From NCBI GenBank assembly GCA_964626665.1, contig CAZVGK010000036.1:1-27735 (forward strand): DNA of 27,735 nucleotides, in the 5' to 3' direction. Under the pieces are notes generated by a model that was given only the letters and a program-made list of their open reading frames with translations, was not told the DNA's origin and did not search any database. Source of the stretch: an uncultured Gemmatimonadota bacterium. GTDB lineage: Bacteria; SM23-81; DAOVCL01. A program made the translations under genes and the position numbers. Below, one piece after another: positions 24,597-27,735 of the stretch. The first letter of the stretch is position 1. The number at the start of each line of letters is the position of its first letter.

Positions 24597-25847
24597 CTAT
24601 GCCCTCTTCTTTCTCCTCTTAGACTCCATAGTGTAGATGGGCTCTGCCCCCTTGACCACAGCATCCTTGGTTATCAGGCACCCTTTCACCCCGGGCATGG
24701 AAGGGAGCTTATACATAATACCTTCCATAACCCTTTCCATCACTGACTTCAACCCGCGGGCTCCCATCTCCTTCTTCCTGGCTAGGTTCACTATCTCCTT
24801 GAGGGTATCTGGGGCGAATTTCAGCTCCACCCCTTCCATCTCAAAGTATTTTTGATACTGCTTAACCAGGGAGTTCTTTGGCCTCACCAGGATGCGAATC
24901 ATCGCCTTCTCGTCCAACTCATCCAGGGTGGTTACCACGGGAAGCCTACCGATAAGCTCAGGAATAACTCCATAGGCCAGGAGATCTTCCGTCTCCACCT
25001 GGGAGAGTACCTCCCCTATGTTCCTTTGTCCATTCCTCAATGGGGCAGCGAAGCCGACCACCTTTTGGCCTACCCTCTTCTGAATTAGTTTCTCCAACCC
25101 ATAGAAGGCTCCCCCACAGATAAAGAGGATATTTCTGGTGTTGATATAGACCAGGTTCTGCTCCGGGTGTTTTCTCCCCCCACGAGGAGGGACTCCGGAG
25201 ATGGTCCCCTCTAAGATCTTGAGCAAAGCCTGCTGCACCCCCTCACCAGAGACATCCCTGGTGATGGAAGGGCTATCCTGTTTCCGCGCCAACTTGTCGA
25301 TTTCGTCGATGTAGATTATCCCCTTCTCCGCCTTGGAGACATCGTAGTCTGCCGCCTGCAGGAGCCTGACCAGGATGTTTTCCACATCCTCGCCCACATA
25401 TCCCGCCTCGGTAAGGGGAGTGGCATCGGCAATGGTAAAGGGGACCTGGAGGAACTTAGCTAAGGTTTGGGCAAGCAGGGTCTTACCCGTCCCAGTGGGG
25501 CCAATGAGCAAAATGTTGCTCTTTTCCAGCTCTACATCGCTCTTCCTGCTCCCGTATCTTATCCTCTTGTAATGATTATAAACGGCCACCGATATGGCCT
25601 TCTTTGACCTATCCTGGCCGATGACATAACCATCCAGAAAGGCCTTTATCTCCTCCGGAGTGGGAAGCTTCTGTTTCTCCCAAAAGAGGGCATCGTTCTC
25701 CTCCTCGGCATCAAGGATCTCCACACACAGCCGGACACATTCATTGCAGATATGGGCCGAGGGACCGGAGATCAACCTCTCCACCTCACCTGGCCCCCGA
25801 CCACAAAAGGAGCACCTTGGTCCGGGAGGGAGTGTTTTCTCTTTCAT
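24597..25847 (-). CDS. clpX: ATP-dependent Clp protease ATP-binding subunit ClpX
   Basis: CSFCG..ICNECV zinc finger, GPTGTGKT and [15 protein letters not shown]. Confidence 0.98.
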   Translation of the reverse strand: MKEKTLPPGPRCSFCGRGPGEVERLISGPSAHICNECVRLCVEILDAEEENDALFWEKQKLPTPEEIKAFLDGYVIGQDRSKKAISVAVYNHYKRIRYGSRKSDVELEKSNILLIGPTGTGKTLLAQTLAKFLQVPFTIADATPLTEAGYVGEDVENILVRLLQAADYDVSKAEKGIIYIDEIDKLARKQDSPSITRDVSGEGVQQALLKILEGTISGVPPRGGRKHPEQNLVYINTRNILFICGGAFYGLEKLIQKRVGQKVVGFAAPLRNGQRNIGEVLSQVETEDLLAYGVIPELIGRLPVVTTLDELDEKAMIRILVRPKNSLVKQYQKYFEMEGVELKFAPDTLKEIVNLARKKEMGARGLKSVMERVMEGIMYKLPSMPGVKGCLITKDAVVKGAEPIYTMESKRRKKRA

Positions 25848-26429
25848 CTATTTCCTCCCCTTCTCGTAAATCTCATCGATCAGCCCATACTCTTTGGCCT
25901 CCTCTGCGGACATAAAGAAGTTCCTGTCGGTGTCCGCAGTAATCTTCTCTAGAGACTGCCCAGTGTGTTTGGCGAAGATTTCGTTCAACTTCTGGCGGAG
26001 GACCAAAAACTCCTTGGCATGGATTTCGATATCGCTTACCTGTCCACTGACTCCCCCCGCAGGCTGATGGATCATTATCCTGGAGTTGGGAAGGGCTGCC
26101 CTCTTCCCCTTAGCACCTGCAGCCAGTAGCAGGGCCCCCATACTGGCCGCCTGCCCCATACAGGTAGTGGAGATATCTGGTTTGACAAACTGCATCGTGT
26201 CATAGATGGCCAAACCCGATGAAACAATCCCACCCGGTGAGTTTATGTAGAGATAGATGTCCTTATCTGGGCTTTCCGCCTCCAAGAAGAGCATCTGGGC
26301 TATCACTAAATTGGAGACCATATCGTCAATGGGAGGGCCGATAAATATTATCCTATCCTTGAGAAGCCGCGAGTATATGTCGTAGGCCCTCTCTCCCCTT
26401 CCTGTCTTCTCCACTACAAACGGAATCAT
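25848..26429 (-). CDS. clpP: ATP-dependent Clp protease proteolytic subunit
   Basis: [27 protein letters not shown] and MIHQP. ATG at 26429 follows AGGAGG. Confidence 0.98.
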   Translation of the reverse strand: MIPFVVEKTGRGERAYDIYSRLLKDRIIFIGPPIDDMVSNLVIAQMLFLEAESPDKDIYLYINSPGGIVSSGLAIYDTMQFVKPDISTTCMGQAASMGALLLAAGAKGKRAALPNSRIMIHQPAGGVSGQVSDIEIHAKEFLVLRQKLNEIFAKHTGQSLEKITADTDRNFFMSAEEAKEYGLIDEIYEKGRK

Positions 26430-26449
26430 ATCCCCTCCTCGAGCCAATC

Positions 26450-27685
26450 TCAAATGGTAACTGTAGTTATCTCCCCTTCACTAATGAGAAAGTTAAAGAC
26501 CTTCTCCTCCCGCAGCCTCTGCACCAACCCCTTCATCTGATCTGTCTTAACCAGCCAATCCCTGGCCTCATCCTCCCCCATATTATAACGTTTGGCCATC
26601 TCCTTCACCTTGGCTTCTACCTCCTCTGGGCTGGTCTCTATCCCTTCCCTCTTCGCTATCTCCTCCAAGATAAGGGAGAAAGTGATCTCCCTGATAGCCT
26701 GAGGGCGATACCTGTCCCTGACCTGCTCCTCATTTACCGCCTTATTTCCCTTCTTGGCCTGGCTGACCAGATAGTCCAAGTAAGTTTTGATCATCGACTC
26801 GGGCACCTCCAAGGAGGCCTCCTCAATCAATCGATCCAAAATCCCTTCCCTGAGTTCCTTCTGGGCCGCCACCTCAGCCTGAGCCTGCAGGTCAGCCCTT
26901 ATCCTCTCCTGCAACTCCTCAAGGCTACGAAAGTTCCCCACTTCTGCCAAGAACTCCTCATCAAGCTCCGGGAGCTTCCTCTCCTTCACCTCCATTACCC
27001 TCACCAGAAACCTCACCCTCCGCCCCTGGTAGCGGGCATCCGGGTAGGTGGCCGGATAGTCCACATCAATCTCCCTCTCCTCCCCTTTGGCCATCCCCAC
27101 CAGTTGGGACTCAAACTGGGGGAGAAGCTTCCCCTCACCCAAATCCACCTCTAGCTCCTCCTCAGCTCCTCCTTCCTCCCTCAACCCGATGTTCAGAAGA
27201 TCACCCCCCTCTGCCCCCCGCTCCACCGGGGTAAGGATGGCCTTTTCCCACCTGAGACTCGCTAAGGCTTCCGCGACATCCTTATCGGTTATTGCCTTTA
27301 ACCTCTTGGCAACCCTCAGCCCCCGATAATCTCCTAACTGCGGCTCTGGCTTTACCTCAACGACGGCCTTGAAGCGGAAGGGTGCTCCCCTCTTAAACTC
27401 CACATCGCTAACCCGCGGGCTCTCAATGGGGGTAAGCTGCTCTTGCTGGGTTGCCTCCTTATAGGCCAGGGGAAGCAGTTTGCCCAGAACTTCGCTCTCT
27501 ATCTTGGGGCCAAACCTGGCCTGCAGAACGGAGAAAGGGGTTTTCCCCTTGCGAAAACCAGGGACAGCAAGCTTCTTCCTGTAGCTATTATATACGGAGC
27601 CAAACTCCTCTTCCACCCTCTCGGCCGGCACCTCCACTTCCAACACCCTCTGCCCGGGCCTGGGGTTCTCTATCCTTACCTTCAT
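26450..27685 (-). CDS. tig: Trigger factor
   Basis: PGFRKGK ribosome-binding motif, FKBP-like middle domain and tig-clpP-clpX synteny. Confidence 0.96.
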   Translation of the reverse strand: MKVRIENPRPGQRVLEVEVPAERVEEEFGSVYNSYRKKLAVPGFRKGKTPFSVLQARFGPKIESEVLGKLLPLAYKEATQQEQLTPIESPRVSDVEFKRGAPFRFKAVVEVKPEPQLGDYRGLRVAKRLKAITDKDVAEALASLRWEKAILTPVERGAEGGDLLNIGLREEGGAEEELEVDLGEGKLLPQFESQLVGMAKGEEREIDVDYPATYPDARYQGRRVRFLVRVMEVKERKLPELDEEFLAEVGNFRSLEELQERIRADLQAQAEVAAQKELREGILDRLIEEASLEVPESMIKTYLDYLVSQAKKGNKAVNEEQVRDRYRPQAIREITFSLILEEIAKREGIETSPEEVEAKVKEMAKRYNMGEDEARDWLVKTDQMKGLVQRLREEKVFNFLISEGEITTVTI

Positions 27686-27735
27686 CGGATCTTCCACTTA
27701 AGGATGTGATATTTTTAACATCTAACTATTTGTTT

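Noticed and set aside
23268-27709. Plus-strand ORFs opposite purA, clpX, clpP and tig, and other short antisense ORFs in the track
   Set aside because: They are shadow ORFs of well-supported genes on the opposite strand.

Overview
Bacterial chromosomal window in four parts. (1) 381-11682, + strand, accessory: a beta-propeller/TPR/Ser-Thr kinase, a lipoprotein and a membrane FHA protein, then a duplicated hicB plus hicA, an unannotated 52-aa DnaJ-type zinc-finger ORF, a caspase-gene remnant and a secreted LamG/Ig-like/caspase (C14) protein. Hairpin repeats fill the intergenic spaces. (2) 12299-15893: a four-gene lipoprotein operon (LPP20, LpoB-like, COG3014, LPP20) with a clear sigma70 promoter. 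(3) 15900-22973: a mobile-DNA hotspot. A ~6.2 kb island bounded by a 40-bp duplication of the tRNA-Lys(CTT) 3' half holds an integron-like cassette array (attI-like site, three full attC sites, two truncated ones, no integrase). The array is interrupted by MITEs and by an IS1111-type IS110 element. The bridge/seek-RNA guides of that IS can be read from the sequence and appear to target a dispersed (R)RYY|TGACCCC motif present three times in this window. (4) 22974-27685, - strand core genes: two tRNA-Lys, purA, clpX, clpP, tig. All calls come from manual reading; no database searches were run.
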